A DNA stretch of 64,000 nucleotides from Takakia lepidozioides (Eukaryota; Plantae; Bryophyta), in contig CM060732.1 of NCBI GenBank assembly GCA_030704615.1, forward strand, positions 34,472,001 to 34,536,000, written 5' to 3'. The first letter of the stretch is position 1. The number at the start of each line of letters is the position of its first letter. Below the pieces are notes generated by a model. The model ran no database searches and was not told the origin of the DNA. It was given only the letters and a program-made list of their open reading frames with translations. A program made the translations under genes and the position numbers. Below, piece after piece: positions 27,901 through 40,722 of the stretch.

Positions 27901-29482
27901 ACTTAGGTGGCAAGATACTTTGGCAGTGTTCGACGTGGATATCCAGTACAAACCGGGACGGGACAATGTGGTGGCCGATGCTTTAAGTAGAAAGCAGCAG
28001 CTCTTGTTGGTGTACAAGGGCGAGACGGCGCTCCAAAGGAAGATCCGGAAGGCTTGCCGGAAGGATGAGCTGGCAAAGTGCGTGATGCAGGACTTGAGAA
28101 TGGGGGTTAAATCGCAGTTCCACTTGCAAAACGGACTGCTCCGGTATAAGCAAAAACGTCTCTATGTGCCAAAGGGAGGGATCAGGGATAGTCTCTTGAG
28201 AGAATGCCATGATAGCCCGCTTGCGGGCCACGGTGGAGCCAAGCGCACTGCGGCACTCTTGAAGAAAGAATATTTCTGGCCCAAACTGAGGGAGGAGGCA
28301 GAGGAGTATGTCAAGACATGCACCACATGCCAACAAAACCGGAGCGAGTACAAAAAGCAAGCGGGGCTGTTACAACCCTTGCCGATTCCAGAGGGGACTT
28401 GGGAAAGCGTCTCGATGGATTTCATGACTGCTATGCCGTTGTCAAAAGGATTCGATGCAATCATGGTGGTGGTAGATAGGTTCAGTAAAATGGCCCATTT
28501 CATCCCCACCAAGGAGACGGCAACGGCGCAGGAGACAGGGCGACTTTACTTCGCCCACGTCTTAAAGCATCATGGAGTCCCGAAGGATATTGTCTCGGAC
28601 CGCGATCCAAAGTTTACGAGTAAATTCTGGAGAGCACTTTGGAAGAAGATGGGGACGAGGCTGAAGATGAGCACCGCCTTCCGACCTACGACGGACGGCC
28701 AAACGGAAAGAGTGAATTCTGTAGTGAAGCAATTCTTGCGGAATTACGTGTCGGCAGACCAATCAGACTGGATGGAACACTTAGACGCGGCAGAGTTCTG
28801 TTATAATAACACAGAACACTCCGCGACGGGAGTTTCCCCTTTTGTGTTGGTCTATGGAAAAGCACCTCTGGTGCCGACAAGTTGGGCCGCCCAGGACGTT
28901 GAGGAACCGGCAGTAGTGGCGGTACTGGAAGAACGCGAGCGTTTGTTGAAGCTCGCAAAGTACAACATTGCCAAAGCTAGGAAACGGTATGAAAGGCAGG
29001 CGAATCGGAAGCGGAGGGAAGTGAAGTTTGAGGCAGGCACAGAGGTCTGGTTGAACATCAAGAATTTTCGACTACCTCCGGAAGTGAGTCCGAAGTTCGT
29101 ACCTCCGTATGCGGGTCCCTTTCGCATTCGGAGGGTTATGAATGAGGATGTGTATGAATTGGAGCTGCCGGCAAACAGCAAGGTGCACCCAGTATTCCAT
29201 GTCTCCCTTTTGAAGCCTTACTTCAAAGATGAAGCACGTCCGAATCGGCAGCAAGTGTTGCGTCCGCCACCTATGCTGTTGGATCATGAAAATGAACCTG
29301 AGTACGAGGTGGAGGCAATACTTAAGTCGAGGAGGTTCAAGAACCGAGAAACAGAGTATCTCGTCAAATGGAAGGGCTATCATCTTGTGGAGGCATCTTG
29401 GGTGCGTGCCTCAGAAATGGGAAACGCATCCGAGGCAGTTGCAGCGTTCGAAGGGCGACCTCAAAAGCGGAAGAAACGTTGA
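24920..29482 (+). CDS. Gag-pol polyprotein (gag, CCHC knuckle, protease, RT, RNase H, integrase, chromodomain)
   Basis: Single uninterrupted ORF: [34 protein letters not shown] integrase zinc motif, [21 protein letters not shown]...YLVKWKGY...ASW. First ATG at 24920. Confidence 0.97.
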   Translation: MGSGKPKRKRNGPKDDDPGEPDGGDVSPRRPFEEAMNVSENEAAQEREESEESEPEESLRAPTNQEMPPMPAAFWEGLLAQFGGTLKDVLKAANATSTKAKFKVKPKEPGTFEGVRNRKALNTWLLELEQYFRAAKLSDEDRVEVAPTYLRGYAQQWWQKRLHDRGPSPETLNWSGFKELMKRQFVPLNASWLARDKMRNLKQTDDIRGYVQAFNVLLLEVADMAEPEMVFNFVAGLAPWARRKLEEKPPKTLNEAIERAECFSDVPRGERQGRTELNHKKTRREGDSFRPEKKWDRPRGDNGMWKSKGGPSYVKAAPGAPKGKAGGAAYGGQKATFDGVCFNCGEPGHMAKKCTKPRQLNMTRATTELSEDTISRLVEAVVARTCKVGNYSCELYQETGALRKGSQLLFVDGIISGTNVSLLVDTGASHSFMTPVAARKLGLPTSDVGASIEVRSAKGEPQLATRLAFDVPLQLGSWEGRENFTICEIDGVDLILGMTFLSKSGAVIDGRKRVVTLPCGNGGEVLRVSETPKSVGGRINLLSAKEWAVEEAHESQFLLYIREVKGEGDGEPSPDWIKGILEKYQDVMPEDLPSGLPPRRGVDHKIEVIPGSGPPAKAPYRLSHRELVELKTQLKDLMSKGYIRPSKSPYGAPVLFADKKDGTLRMCVDYRALNKVTIKNRYPLPRIDDLFDRLAGAKYFSRIDLRSGYHQIRVAEGDEEKTACRTRYGSYEFLVMPFGLTNAPATFSTLMNSLFQEWLDDFVIVYIDDILVYSKTKEEHLEHLKRVFQKLREGKLYAKASKCEFGVTKVEFLGHVITQDGIKMDDRKVRAILDWEPPTSVPGVRSFLGLASYYRKYVRNFAKIAGPLSDLLCKSKVWVWNTFCGQAFAELKQRMTEAPVLKIPEFDRPFEIHTDASDFAIGGVLMQDGRPVAYESKKLNEVERWWPTHEKEMKAVVHCLELWRHYVGSNPVKVFTDNVTVKYFATQPKLSPKQLRWQDTLAVFDVDIQYKPGRDNVVADALSRKQQLLLVYKGETALQRKIRKACRKDELAKCVMQDLRMGVKSQFHLQNGLLRYKQKRLYVPKGGIRDSLLRECHDSPLAGHGGAKRTAALLKKEYFWPKLREEAEEYVKTCTTCQQNRSEYKKQAGLLQPLPIPEGTWESVSMDFMTAMPLSKGFDAIMVVVDRFSKMAHFIPTKETATAQETGRLYFAHVLKHHGVPKDIVSDRDPKFTSKFWRALWKKMGTRLKMSTAFRPTTDGQTERVNSVVKQFLRNYVSADQSDWMEHLDAAEFCYNNTEHSATGVSPFVLVYGKAPLVPTSWAAQDVEEPAVVAVLEERERLLKLAKYNIAKARKRYERQANRKRREVKFEAGTEVWLNIKNFRLPPEVSPKFVPPYAGPFRIRRVMNEDVYELELPANSKVHPVFHVSLLKPYFKDEARPNRQQVLRPPPMLLDHENEPEYEVEAILKSRRFKNRETEYLVKWKGYHLVEASWVRASEMGNASEAVAAFEGRPQKRKKR

Positions 29483-30387
29483 TGGGGACATCAACCTTGG
29501 AGCGTGGGGGAGGAAATGCATGCTTAGCCCGGTTTAGCTAGCTCAGGAATCCGATTGCAAAAACTTGTATTGTACAAACATTTGTTATAAAGGAAATGGG
29601 TTCCAAATATTATGCGTCCTATTGTGTTTGGAATGGTGATGCATGGTGTGTTTGGCTAGTGTGTAGAATGCATGCTAGCTTACAAAAGTGGGAGAGGTAA
29701 ATTGGGTAATCGTGTGTTTGCGCAGTGCCGAAATCGGGTGACTCCCATCCCAGGGGCAAGGAAACTTGCGCCTTCTTTGGGAGTTCACGTGCTAGTGCGC
29801 ACCTGGCGCGTGCGCGTACTATAACTGCGCTACCGAGGGGGTTGCCTTGTAGTGCGGGCTAACGCGGAAGCTACGTGCTTCCGTTCACGTACTATAATCG
29901 TGTAACCTCGGGACGAAGTCGTAGTGCGGCTTCGACGTGTTCCCGTACCTCAGGCCAGCATTCCAAGGCGGACCCAATTGTAGTGATTGGGGCGCACGGT
30001 TGGTTCAAGGTTATCTTCCTAGTCAAAGAGGGTTCCAGGTGAACCCTTGCTCAAGGTGATGCCAAAAGCGGCATCATGAGCGATCGCAAGCAATGTTGTT
30101 GCAGTAAGGCGATTCGATCCTCGGGGAGGATCGTTCCTTGGCCTTGAAGTAGGCCAAGAAGAGTGCACTGAGAGGAGCTGGAGAGGCTCCACCCTTGGCC
30201 GGGACTTGGAGGAAGTCGGCCGAACTAGCTAGTGGAGAGTAGAGTCAAGTGTGGGGTTTGGTTCTTTGCCATGGGACGCCATGGTACAGAAACAAACTCC
30301 TTGATGTGGGACGCCACAACTTGGATGTTCGTTTCTACAAAATGGACAAGTCGATGAGGACATCGACTCCATGTTGGTAGGGGTGTG

Positions 30388-31136
30388 TGTCGCGGCCCTT
30401 TGCCTTGAGGGCAGGGGGTCGGGACACATCAGGGGCTGCCCCTGTGGTGGGGGCAGCGGTAGCGATAGGTATGGGGGGGCTGAGGCACCCTTGAGTGCCC
30501 AAGGCACTCAGGGAAGCGGAGGCGCTCACTAGGTGGAGCCCCGCACACCGGGTTGCGGTGGGGGTGGCTCCACAAGCGGTGGGGTTGGCTCCACAAGGGG
30601 TGGTGGTAGCTTAGTGGGACTTAGTGGGGGTGGCATAGGACTCACCATGGGGGCGGAGACCTCGTGGTGGGAGTCGTGGGGAGTCTTGGGACTCATCACG
30701 GTCCATAGGGGCCGTGGTGAGCGGGCCAAGACTCACCGCGACTCACCACCGGGAGTCGAGGGTTTTCGTGGTGGTTCGCCATAAAATGGCATGGCTGGTT
30801 GTGGAACCCCCGCGGACAGCTACAGAAGTATATATAGGGAGTAGTAACCCCGAGAACGGTGCAAGCCCGTTGGTGACCAAAAACTAGTGAGTAAGCGAGC
30901 GAGCCGGAAAGCGACCAAAGAGTGGGGAGCTGTTCCGGACTGCCATCTACCAAAGGGAATTCTCCTAGTCCCAAAGAGGTGGAGGGTTTAGAAGGAAGCG
31001 AAGGGGGGACCGTTATGTCCCGGTGAGCAGCCGAAGCTCCAAGTTGGCCCGGGCGGCCAGGTTGGGAGTCAGGCGCGCGCATCAAAGCGAGTAACTATGA
31101 CTTGAAGGGGAGCTTACCGGAGTGAGGTGCGCGACA
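30388..31136 (+). repeat. 3' LTR (749 bp)
   Basis: Near-identical to 24117-24864. Confidence 0.95.
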
Positions 31137-31639
31137 ACCAGAGTGCTAGAGTACAGGCGGATGGCATTGGCCAGTAGTCAGTCAAGTCTGGTCAGCAGAG
31201 TAAGTGAGGGTCTAGCATACTCAGAATGGCGAGTTTGATGGGTAGACCGCATGAGGGTCACTGGTTAGCCAAGTGTAGGCCAGTTCAGAACCAGGAGGCT
31301 AGTCTGCTCAGGAGACATGATACTCTACACCCTGAATACTTTGTTTTCATGCTAATGGACAAGTCAGATTGTTTACAAGCCTATGAGCATAATGGTTCGA
31401 AGAGTGGCAACAGACTGAGCAGAAGCCTGGTTCAGAAGATTGGTTGGAGACTAGTACAGCAGACTGGTTCAGGCGCCTTCAGATTGGTTCAGATGTCACA
31501 AGACTGGTTCAGCAGACTGGTTTAGACTCCACAAGACTGGTTCAGAGACAGGTTGAAAGTCTTGTGCACATGCAATCGTACTGCAGAATTTTTATTTCAT
31601 CGAGAGAATGATTGTGTAGCATTTCCTACATTTTGAACT

Positions 31640-33110
31640 CTACTTTACAACTGGTATTCGGTCTGCAACCCTCCGGATTGTGGAGTATATATGTGTTGCA
31701 AGTGTTGGGGCACCAACCCTCTTCCCTGTTTTGCGCAAGACTTTTGGTCGCGTTTTCCATGCCTCAATGAAATCCCGTTTTCTTTTCAGCAACATATTGT
31801 TGTTGTCATTTACAGGACTAAAGCTCTTTGCTGCCGCAGGGTGCAACATTCCTGCAACACTCTTGGCGAGAATATCAACAAGCTGCCCCCTACAGATTCG
31901 AAGAGAAAACAACACATGTTTCTCTAGGTATTTGTCATTACCAACAATGCGAAGTATGTCTGCAAATTCTTCGTCCATGGAGGATGGTACGAGGACAGGC
32001 TCCACATCATAGGGGAAGTCATCTGTGGAAGGGCCATCTGTTGCATTTGCCAAACCGTCTTCGTCGCCGCCACTAGCATGAACCCTGAACACATTATGCA
32101 ATCCTCCATGAATGGTTCCCAGCACTGTGCCACAAGTGCGCACTATGGGTCCATCCTGCAAGTGTGGATGAAGCAGCTTCAGGACTCGGACTTGATGCTT
32201 GCACAAATTGCCTTCATTGCCCATGGGCAAGTGCAAGAAGCCTATTCAAATCCGGGGTTGTAAACAATGTAAGTTGTGTTTGGGTGATTGGTGCTTAGAA
32301 CATAGGCTGGTTGCCCAGGATGGAACGGAAGAATAACATTGCAAGTTGGAATGTCGCGTACCGCAAGCACAGAATTGGACATGTACTTCTCATGTTTGTC
32401 ATTCCTTATGAATCCGTGCGTCTTCAGGTGAATTGCATATCTGTAGTGTGTTAGCACACGGCCTGTGAGTTCCCATATAAGCCAATCCACTCTACGCCCT
32501 GTCATTTTGCCTTTCCCCATCCTCAATCTTGCCTTCAAGTTCCATGGTATGCCTCAATGTTAGCATTTGTGTCATGACTGGCATGCAGAACGAGCGGCTG
32601 TACACCACATTGCATTTTAGGGCGCCATTCCTTATCGATGTAGCCTGCTCCAACAAAAAATCGTCTAGTATCCATGCATCCCCCAACCCGGTGTTGTTCA
32701 TGACGTGCTCTTTATGTTCCATCATGATTTGGGCGACTGACAGGCCTTGGCACAGACACTCCATGACCCATGCTTTCAATTCTTCACTAATGTGTAGTGC
32801 ATAGGCGTGGCGAGTGTTCCTGAACTCAACGGACTTCCCATGACAGGCGTTCTCTTTCACTTCTGTATGCTCCATGTTGTTGTAGTACGTGAGGACACAA
32901 ATGTCGGGGGTGAGATAGCATTGCTGGACCTTGAAACAGCATTGGCAACCACGCTTGTAAGACTCTCCATATTCCGACTTCTTTCTCCTTGGGCCTTTAT
33001 GAGGGTGAGATTTTCCAACACCCACAAGAGGTCCTCCACGTTTCAGTTTGGGATCCTCCACTATCGCATTGTTGGTACGCTTGTCATCTGGACCGTAGCA
33101 GCATTGATAC
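31640..33110 (-). pseudogene. SWIM/MULE-type transposase, exon 2 onward, with internal deletion and frameshifts
   Basis: YQCCYGPDD...KRGCQCCF...CHG...ISEELK..V...L.QGLSVAQIM..H, then a jump near 32645 to HDTNANIEAYHG.LKAR...RRVDWL...VYNPG and the SWIM motif CTC...GNLCKH. Most of the catalytic core is missing. Confidence 0.8.
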
Positions 33111-33186
33111 CTGGACATAAAAATCACAATCGATATCCATCGACTTTTGGAAGCATGAAATCACAGTACGTGGGGACGAAAAATGG

Positions 33187-33300
33187 GGGGGGGGGATGCT
33201 AGAGTGTGAGCCTAGCCACATGAGCCCAGGACACGTGGCATGATTTTGAGAAAGATGCGGCATCTATTTCCGTGGAAGATGATCCATTACCGCATAAACA
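33187..33300 (-). mobile_element. Right terminus of the inner element carrying ParB-MTase copy A
   Basis: G9-ATGCTAGAGTGTGAGCC...CTATTTCCGTGGA. Homologous in reverse complement to the termini at 47150-47200 and 52230-52340. Confidence 0.75.
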
Positions 33301-36300
33301 CGTCTTCATCCATATTAACCCTGCAACCCCAAGCAGAAACCCTAACCCTTGTCAGCCTTAGGGACCCACCTCAACCCCAACAGTGAACCTCGCCTTCCTG
33401 CCCCTGTGCATGATACTGCGCACTGACATCATCCATGGGACCATCCATGCATGCAACATTCATCCACAATGTACATCCAATCGGGGTTCATCCATCCAAA
33501 AACATTCATCCTCCATCCATCCAACCAAATATTGGTGTGATGGCATATGTCGACGACTGTCTACTGGACTATGCACATATTCATCTCTGTTGAAAAATTT
33601 TTATTGAATGCACACGGTTGAATTGGAGAGCAATGTTTAGAAGGAAAACACTTTTAAATTCGCAGGACGCGGGGGAGAGAATGTTTCAATTCAAGGATGT
33701 GAATTTCATTGTAGTCCGTGCTCATTACAACGGATGGTGGAAAGAGAAATGGTGGTGCAACTGAAAACGGAGAGTGTGTCCCCTCATGTTCCATAAATGA
33801 ATGCCCTTAAGTACATCCGTAGGTGGTGTCAACACTGCTACTGCTACCACCTGAATCTGCTGAACTGCTAGAAGTACTGCTACCACCTGAAACTGATGCA
33901 CTATCATCTATGAAGACATTTGCGTGGAGGTGCCTGAGCGTCTTCCTAGAACTCCAACACAAGGGTAGGGGAGAAAGCACAGCTGCTTGCACACGAGCAA
34001 TGTCTTCCACGTAGTCGGGAAGGACACAATTAGGAGGTGGGCTCCAGCACAAGTCCCTCAAGTATATGGAAGACAGGGGCCACGGGAGTGCGTTCACATT
34101 CCTGCAATAAAAAATGCACCATTTGGGTAACAATCAGACAACAGAAGGGGACGCGACAGAGCATATACACAGGGATCAAATAGACAGAAAATAAACTCAC
34201 TCACATGAAAAGTCATTGTCCAGGTCCTTGTCGTCTCCGTCGAGGATATCAATTTGCGCAGTGACATCCTTGACATTGGAGGTAGATGCGCCCCCTTGTA
34301 ACTCAGCGAGGAGGCCAGTGAAAATATATGCATCTCCTTCCATACCAAACAAGTGCCTCCACTTGCCTTGCAAGCATGGTAAGAAGCGCTTGCAAGAGAC
34401 AGAATGAAGGAATTAGAGTTTTAGAATATTGAGTAAAGAAGGTGCAGAAGAAAAGAAATCGATGACAAAGGCAAGAAGAGAAACCTGTGCCGAGAGTGAG
34501 ATCTATGATGCGGGCCCCTGGCCGAGAACAACTCTCAATGATCGTTTGGATAAAAGCCGGGCTTTTTTCACGGGCCCCTCTCCAAGGCGTTCCATTTGGC
34601 TTTCGCAAACATACGTTGGAGTCGACATAGTTGTAGTGCATGTCGTCGACGACACAATCGAACCTCTCGTTTATGAAACATCCTCCCCCATGAAGCTCGA
34701 ACTCCACCACTGTGGTGGGAGTCGACAGTGGATGTACCCTCACGAGACAGTCGACCTCAAATAGACAAGTCTGCGATGAAGAAGACAATAATTAGTAAGG
34801 AATGTTTCATAGCACATCTGGGTGGGAGCAGCAGACCCATTCCGGATGGAACGGGTTCAGAGTCATTGCTCATGCACCGCCATAACTGAGTGCGCTGAAG
34901 CACTCAATTCAGGCAGTGCGAACATCATGACTTCATAACAGTCAGTACAGTGGAACTTCAACAGAGAAGGCATAAAAACAAAGTATTTGAAAACCCACTT
35001 CTGCCTTGGGCAATCCCCCTTCGTCAGATATAGGCTGTTGACACAGTTCTAGGTCTTGATAATCCGCATCCCCGAGGCTTTCAAATAGCTTGCCAGCTCC
35101 CGGCGACATCTCATCGTGACAGATTGTATGATAACAAGAACCCCTGCATCGGAAAGGCAAACTTGCAAAAGGAAACACCCAACTCCAATACCTCTCGTCA
35201 ATTTTCCATGTTGGGCAGGTGTCACTGGGCAGAATATCCGGGACTGGATGCCTGTCCGGAATGTCCACAATAACCATCTCCGAAGCAAACGGTTTCTGTG
35301 CACCATTCACCCAAGATTCCTTCCCCCTCCATGCGTGCAAGCAATATAGCGTATAAGAAGTGGAGGATGTTTTATAAGTGACATGTCTGTTCCGAGTAAA
35401 AATAAAACAAAGAAATCAAAACTCAAACACATGCATGATAATTGCTTACCGATTGGAGAAAAGCACATAGCTTGTCCCACGTTTTGGATGGATCACCAGT
35501 GCAACTTGACTTCCGTGTTTCCATCATGGCCAGGAACCCGGAAAAATGATTCTGGATGGGTGCTCCATTGCATCGTAGGGCTCTTTTAGACCCTTCTTCT
35601 TTCGGTCAGGCTTTTTGGTTGGGGGTGGGGTCTGCACTGGCCCCGGTTGCACCATGGACTCCTTTTCATTCTCATTTGAATTGTTTTTCTGCCCCTTTAC
35701 CTTCCCTTTCCCTTTGTCCTTTCTAGGCTTCACTGGCGTATTCTGTGCAAGAGGCTCTTTCTCAGCCAATATCCTCAAGTTTCTCTCGTGCAACTCCTTC
35801 TCCGTCAGAGGGGCCAAGGCCTTTGCATTCTCGTTTTGATTTCGGGTCACAAGCTCAGACCAAGGGCATCCAGACCGTGGGATATCCATATGACAGCAAC
35901 AATCTCGAAGATACAAGGTCCCGTAATCCTTCAAAATCCCTGCAGTGTACATTGTTTGAGCGTTGGATGGGTCACACCATAGGTCAATAAAGTGCGGGTG
36001 TTGACTCAGGTTCTTGCCTGGAATGAGAACGTTCTTGATGTACCTACACAATCAAATCAGAGAGAATGTTAGTGAGTGGGGAAAGCGTGAGATAACGGTT
36101 TAAGGACCCCTTGACTGTGTGCGCCAGCGCACTCAATTTTTGGTCTGTCCACCCAGGCCCTACTTACAAGCCAGGGCAGGTGTGATTTAGTAGAGGATCG
36201 GATGTTCGTATGTAGAATGAAAGCTTGGGAGACATAGAAGTGCCCACCCCTTTACTGAGTGCGTGAGCGCACATAATTTTGGGACTGTTTATTCAACAAA

Positions 36301-37357
36301 GCAGGGCTGCAACGAAATCGAAACTTCGTGAGACAGGAAAGAAGGGTGGAAAAAGAGTGTCAAGACAAACCTGTATAGAATGGCCTATTCTGATCCATGC
36401 TATTGATCGAAATCGTTAGTGCGCGAGATGCCTCCCTCTTTGGCAAACTCCCTGAAGAAGCAAGTGCTGAAGCAAGCTGCTTTCCACTGGCGAACGTAGT
36501 CTTCTAGAGTATCTGTTGGTGGAGTCATAGTTATCTTGTAATCGTTCAGCTGCTTCTCTAGCACCAGTTGTGCCCGAGCCTCTATCTGTGCAAGAACAGT
36601 TTTACAATTCAGAGAAAAGATTTTTAAGAACAGTAAGTGACTTTTCCCGGTGCAATGCAGATTTGCAGTGGAAATGGAAAGGGGAGAGAAAAAAACTTGT
36701 GCCCAGTACGTGGCTTTGTGCAGCCACATATCGAGAACATGGTCACTGAATTGCTTTATGATGTCATGTTTCCTTGTTCTTCTCACACGGAAAGCAGTGG
36801 TCATCTTTCACTGTCGGGTCGGCGTTCCAAATCTCAAGCCATTTCACTTTCACCTCTAGCTCCACTACAGCAGTGGACAGGCGATGAAGTTTTTCTTGCA
36901 TCATTTCGGGCTTGGTGCTCACGTTCCGTTGGATCCTGACATGATTCAAGAACTTTGGGCCAAAAGCAGGGTCAGGTATTCTGAGTTGTTTCACGAACGC
37001 GCTCATGTAGTGCCTCTTCGCCACCTCCATCTACTTGTTCATAGATTCTTCCACTCCTTTTGAGGATCGCTCCCCTGGGTCTTTTTTGGCATAGTACTCT
37101 GCTTTCCCTTTCTCTCCAGCCTCCGCAATCTCTTGCTGAACATTCCAGTATACAACTTATTAGTCAACTGGTTTTAAGAATGAACAAGTAGACAGAGCTA
37201 GGGAAGGAATACTTGCAACGTACCCTCCTCCCTCAGCTTGTACAATGTGTCGGCGGATTTGGAGGTCTCGCACTTCTTGTAAGCCTCTGCACTGATAAGG
37301 TTTTTGAAGGTGACCAGTGGCATTTGGCTCACCTTCTATATCCTGAATAGAGTGTGG

Positions 37358-38078
37358 TGTAGTGTGAAAAGAAGGGGCGTGAATCCCCTTCTGGGTTATT
37401 CTAAATCCGTACTCCTCCCCAGTTGAAGTCAAAGCAAAGCAAAGCAACGTTCTTAGCAATCCAACCATCGTCACACGGCTTTATGGGTTTTCCCTCAGGT
37501 TCGTTCGTGATCAGAGTTCACGCAATCCTCATCCACGCCGCAGCGGAAGAGAAGACATGGATGGGGAGTTTTTGGATTGTTCTTGCTCTTGGTTCTACTT
37601 TTATACAACAACCTCGCCCTATGATCACAGCGCCGTGATCTCTTCTGTGATTGTAGGCAGCCCAATGTCAGCGGTAAACACGACCCTTAATGTGAAGCCC
37701 CCTTGAGCAGTGACACGTCGGAAATCCCCTTTGTAATGGTGACACAGATTTAGAGGGAGGCAGCTCAGATCTCCCATGAACTGCAGGGCCACTGGTCTCT
37801 TTCAGGGTTCATGTTTTCTTCATCTCATCTCCCCAAATTGGCCATCCCCCCATCAACCCCTTTTACTGAGCAGCTCTCTCCCTTCCCAAATCCTTTTCTC
37901 TCTCTCTCTCTCTTTTCCCCTTTTGCTCTGTTTCTCTCTCTCTATCTAGGTCTACAGGTTCCTCACTTCTACACAGCAGCACATCTATCATGCAATGCAA
38001 TGCACACTCTGCCAGGCATTCACTGCACCCAGCCTTGAAGTCATCCTCGGTCACACAAGACATAACCATTCCATTCAT

Positions 38079-38131
<53 letters not shown>

Positions 38132-39898
38132 GTTAATGTCCAACCCTTCACACTACCTTTTCCAAAGAACCATTGCCCAAACAGCTCTCAACCTTCCCAA
38201 ATCCTTTTCTCTCTCTCTCTTTTCCCCTTTTTCTCTGTTTCTCTCTATCTGTCTTGGTCTACAGATTCCTTACTTCTTCACAGCAGCACATCTATCATGC
38301 AATGCAATGCACACTCTGCCAGGCATCCAGTGCACCCAGCCTTGAAGTCATCCTCTGTCACTCAAGACATAACCATCCCATTCAGCAGTCTCTCTCTCTC
38401 TCTCATGTCAATGTTCAACCCTTCACACTACCTTTTCCAAAGAACCATTGCCCAAACAGCTCTCAACTTTTCTACAGGTTTCATTCCAAATATCCCAACA
38501 GCCCTCTTCTCCCTTCAACTGTGAACCTCAGTTGTTCAGACCCTGAGACCATACTGGAAATCAGTTCCAAAGCCAAATCAGTGTCTGTTCTGCTTCCCCA
38601 TCCACATTATCATTTCTTTGTCTTCAACAGTTCTAGCTAATCATCATTGGTGTCTCCAAGCAACCAAGCTAGGTCTACATTGGTTCCAGTGTATCACTAC
38701 CCAGGGCAGCATTGTGTGCAGGTTTATAACACCAAAACAAGAACAAGAATGAAGACAAACAGTGACCATTCTGATTTCAGTGATAAACAGTCTCTCTTCC
38801 CACTCATTTCTCCTACTGACACTACAACATCAGGTGTATCCATCATTTCCGTATCCTGGTTTGAAGTCTAGAGTCTCCATTCCATTTCCAAAACCTTTTC
38901 CTCTATCACATATCTCCACCTTTTCTCTTCTACAAAGAGCCAGTCCTAAATCTACACAAAGCGACTTCTAAGTCACCCCAAAAAGAAGCCCACAGTCTAC
39001 GAACTTATCTGTTTTTATCCTCCAATGAAGCGGTGGGTCTGCCTGCCAAGATGGCACCTCACCATCGCCTGTCAGCAGCCACTTTAACCTTTTCTCCTTG
39101 TCTTGATTCAAGTATTTATCATGCCATGATGTCTCCTCTTCATCCTATGGAACATCCTGTGGCTTGCCAACTAAATTACTCTATCCTTCTATGCATGCAA
39201 TTCTTCCTTAAGAATTGACATGGTCCTATAGCAAGAAGACACAAAATCAGCTAGAAGCTTTGATTACAGATAACCTAAGTTGCCATCCAGCCAGCACTCC
39301 ACATGCCTTATCCCCTCCATTGATTGTGCCCAGACTCTCTTCCTTGTGCTTCCGGCAGCTGGCCGTTTTCCTTGCTTGCTCATCTGCCCATAACTGTTAT
39401 CTTCAAGGCAATGGCGGCAGCGGTGGCGCGCCGCTTTCCTTACATGCTCCTATCTCCAGGAATTGATCATCACTACGAGAGAAGCGGCACCGCTTCCCTT
39501 TACATAGAATACCAAGCAGAGGCACTTAATGTCGCTCTCTAAACCAAGCAAAGTCCCATAGCGTAGGTACAACCTCCCAATAACAGACTGCCCTGCCAAC
39601 ACCACTGCTCGCAGCAGCTGCTACGAGTCGCCCGTCATCTTCCTCTTCGTTTTTCTCAACCCGCGATTTTAGGTTAAGCACCAGTGATGAAAACGTTCAT
39701 CGCACGGATGAAAATACGCACGGACATGACTTAGCCATTTTTATCCTGGCAAAGCATAAGCACAGTATGCCCATGAAATTACCTGTATGCAGGGATATAT
39801 CCCTCTTGCAGTTGGTATCAGGGCACTCCCGTTATAGTGATGCAGGTTCTTAACGGTAAAACAAAAATGTAATGTCACTCCCTTGCATTCACACTACA
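37358..39898. mobile_element. 2541-bp insertion, probable solo LTR
   Basis: TGTAGTGTGAA...TTCACACTACA 11-bp inverted ends and 4-bp TSD GTGG (37354-37357, 39899-39902). Removing it restores V-H-T-L as in copy B. Internal ~310-bp tandem duplication with a (CT)n tract. Confidence 0.8.
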
Positions 39899-40722
39899 GT
39901 GGACCAAATTCATCGTCACGTGTGCACTTTTGGTTCCCCTGCAGTCCCACACAAACACTATGACTTCCTCCTTCACCAGGAAATACAAAACAAACAGAAC
40001 AAATCGGAGAGTTCGGATGGCATGAAGGGTGAGCATTATACTTACTTGTTGATGTCATGCATAGCCGTCAGAAGTGCTGTGACGTTTCCTTTCAGATCCA
40101 GCACCATGGACGCCACAAAGTAGTGTCAGTCCTCGTCTGTGTTGTGATATTTGTTTATGACGTTCATCCAGGCCATGAAGCGGTGATTGCCATCCCAGAT
40201 ATGAAACATTTTCCCGGAGAACACCTGTATAGACAGTCTCCTCGAAATCTGGGCTTCGAACTCCTCGTTTACTTCTCGCCATATTGGATCCCAGCTTTTC
40301 ACAATTGACTCGTCCACCAAGACCTCCTTTCCACTGGCATCGCACAATGACACGTAAAACACGGGAGACCCCTCTATGTATCCGTGACTAAAATCTTGCT
40401 CCAACTTGGACACATCCCCGATCAGGGCACGTTGAATGATTGGCATTGATATTAGGCGGCAGAGAGGGATCATAATCTTGCCTCCAGGTACCGGCATAGA
40501 CTTGATCACCTGCGCAGAATTGACCTTCTGATACACGAGGACCTTTGCCGCTCGCTCTTCGTAGGAAGAATCATCTTCTTGAATAGGCTTCTCAGTCACT
40601 GCCTCCTGCTACTGTTGCTGCTTCTCAGGCTGCAATCCTTTTCTTTTCCTCCCCTGCACCTACCACCTTTACAGCCTTTCCGTCATTCCACAGCTACATT
40701 TTCCTGATCTGGCACCTACAAG

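Larger units (their letters stand above)
24117..31136 (+). mobile_element. Intact Ty3/gypsy chromovirus LTR retrotransposon (7020 bp)
   Basis: LTRs 24117-24864 and 30388-31136 (TGTCGC...GCGACA). 5-bp TSD ACCAG (24112-24116, 31137-31141). tRNA-Met PBS TGGTATCAGAGC 24867-24878. Purine tract before the 3' LTR. Confidence 0.97.

Noticed and set aside
24918-29383. Antisense ORFs over gag-pol
   Set aside because: Shadow frames of a GC-rich long ORF with no recognisable motifs.
37358-39898. CACTA element (CACTACA/TGTAGTG ends)
   Set aside because: The orientation is reversed (starts TGTAGTG, ends CACTACA) and the TSD is 4 bp rather than 3 bp.
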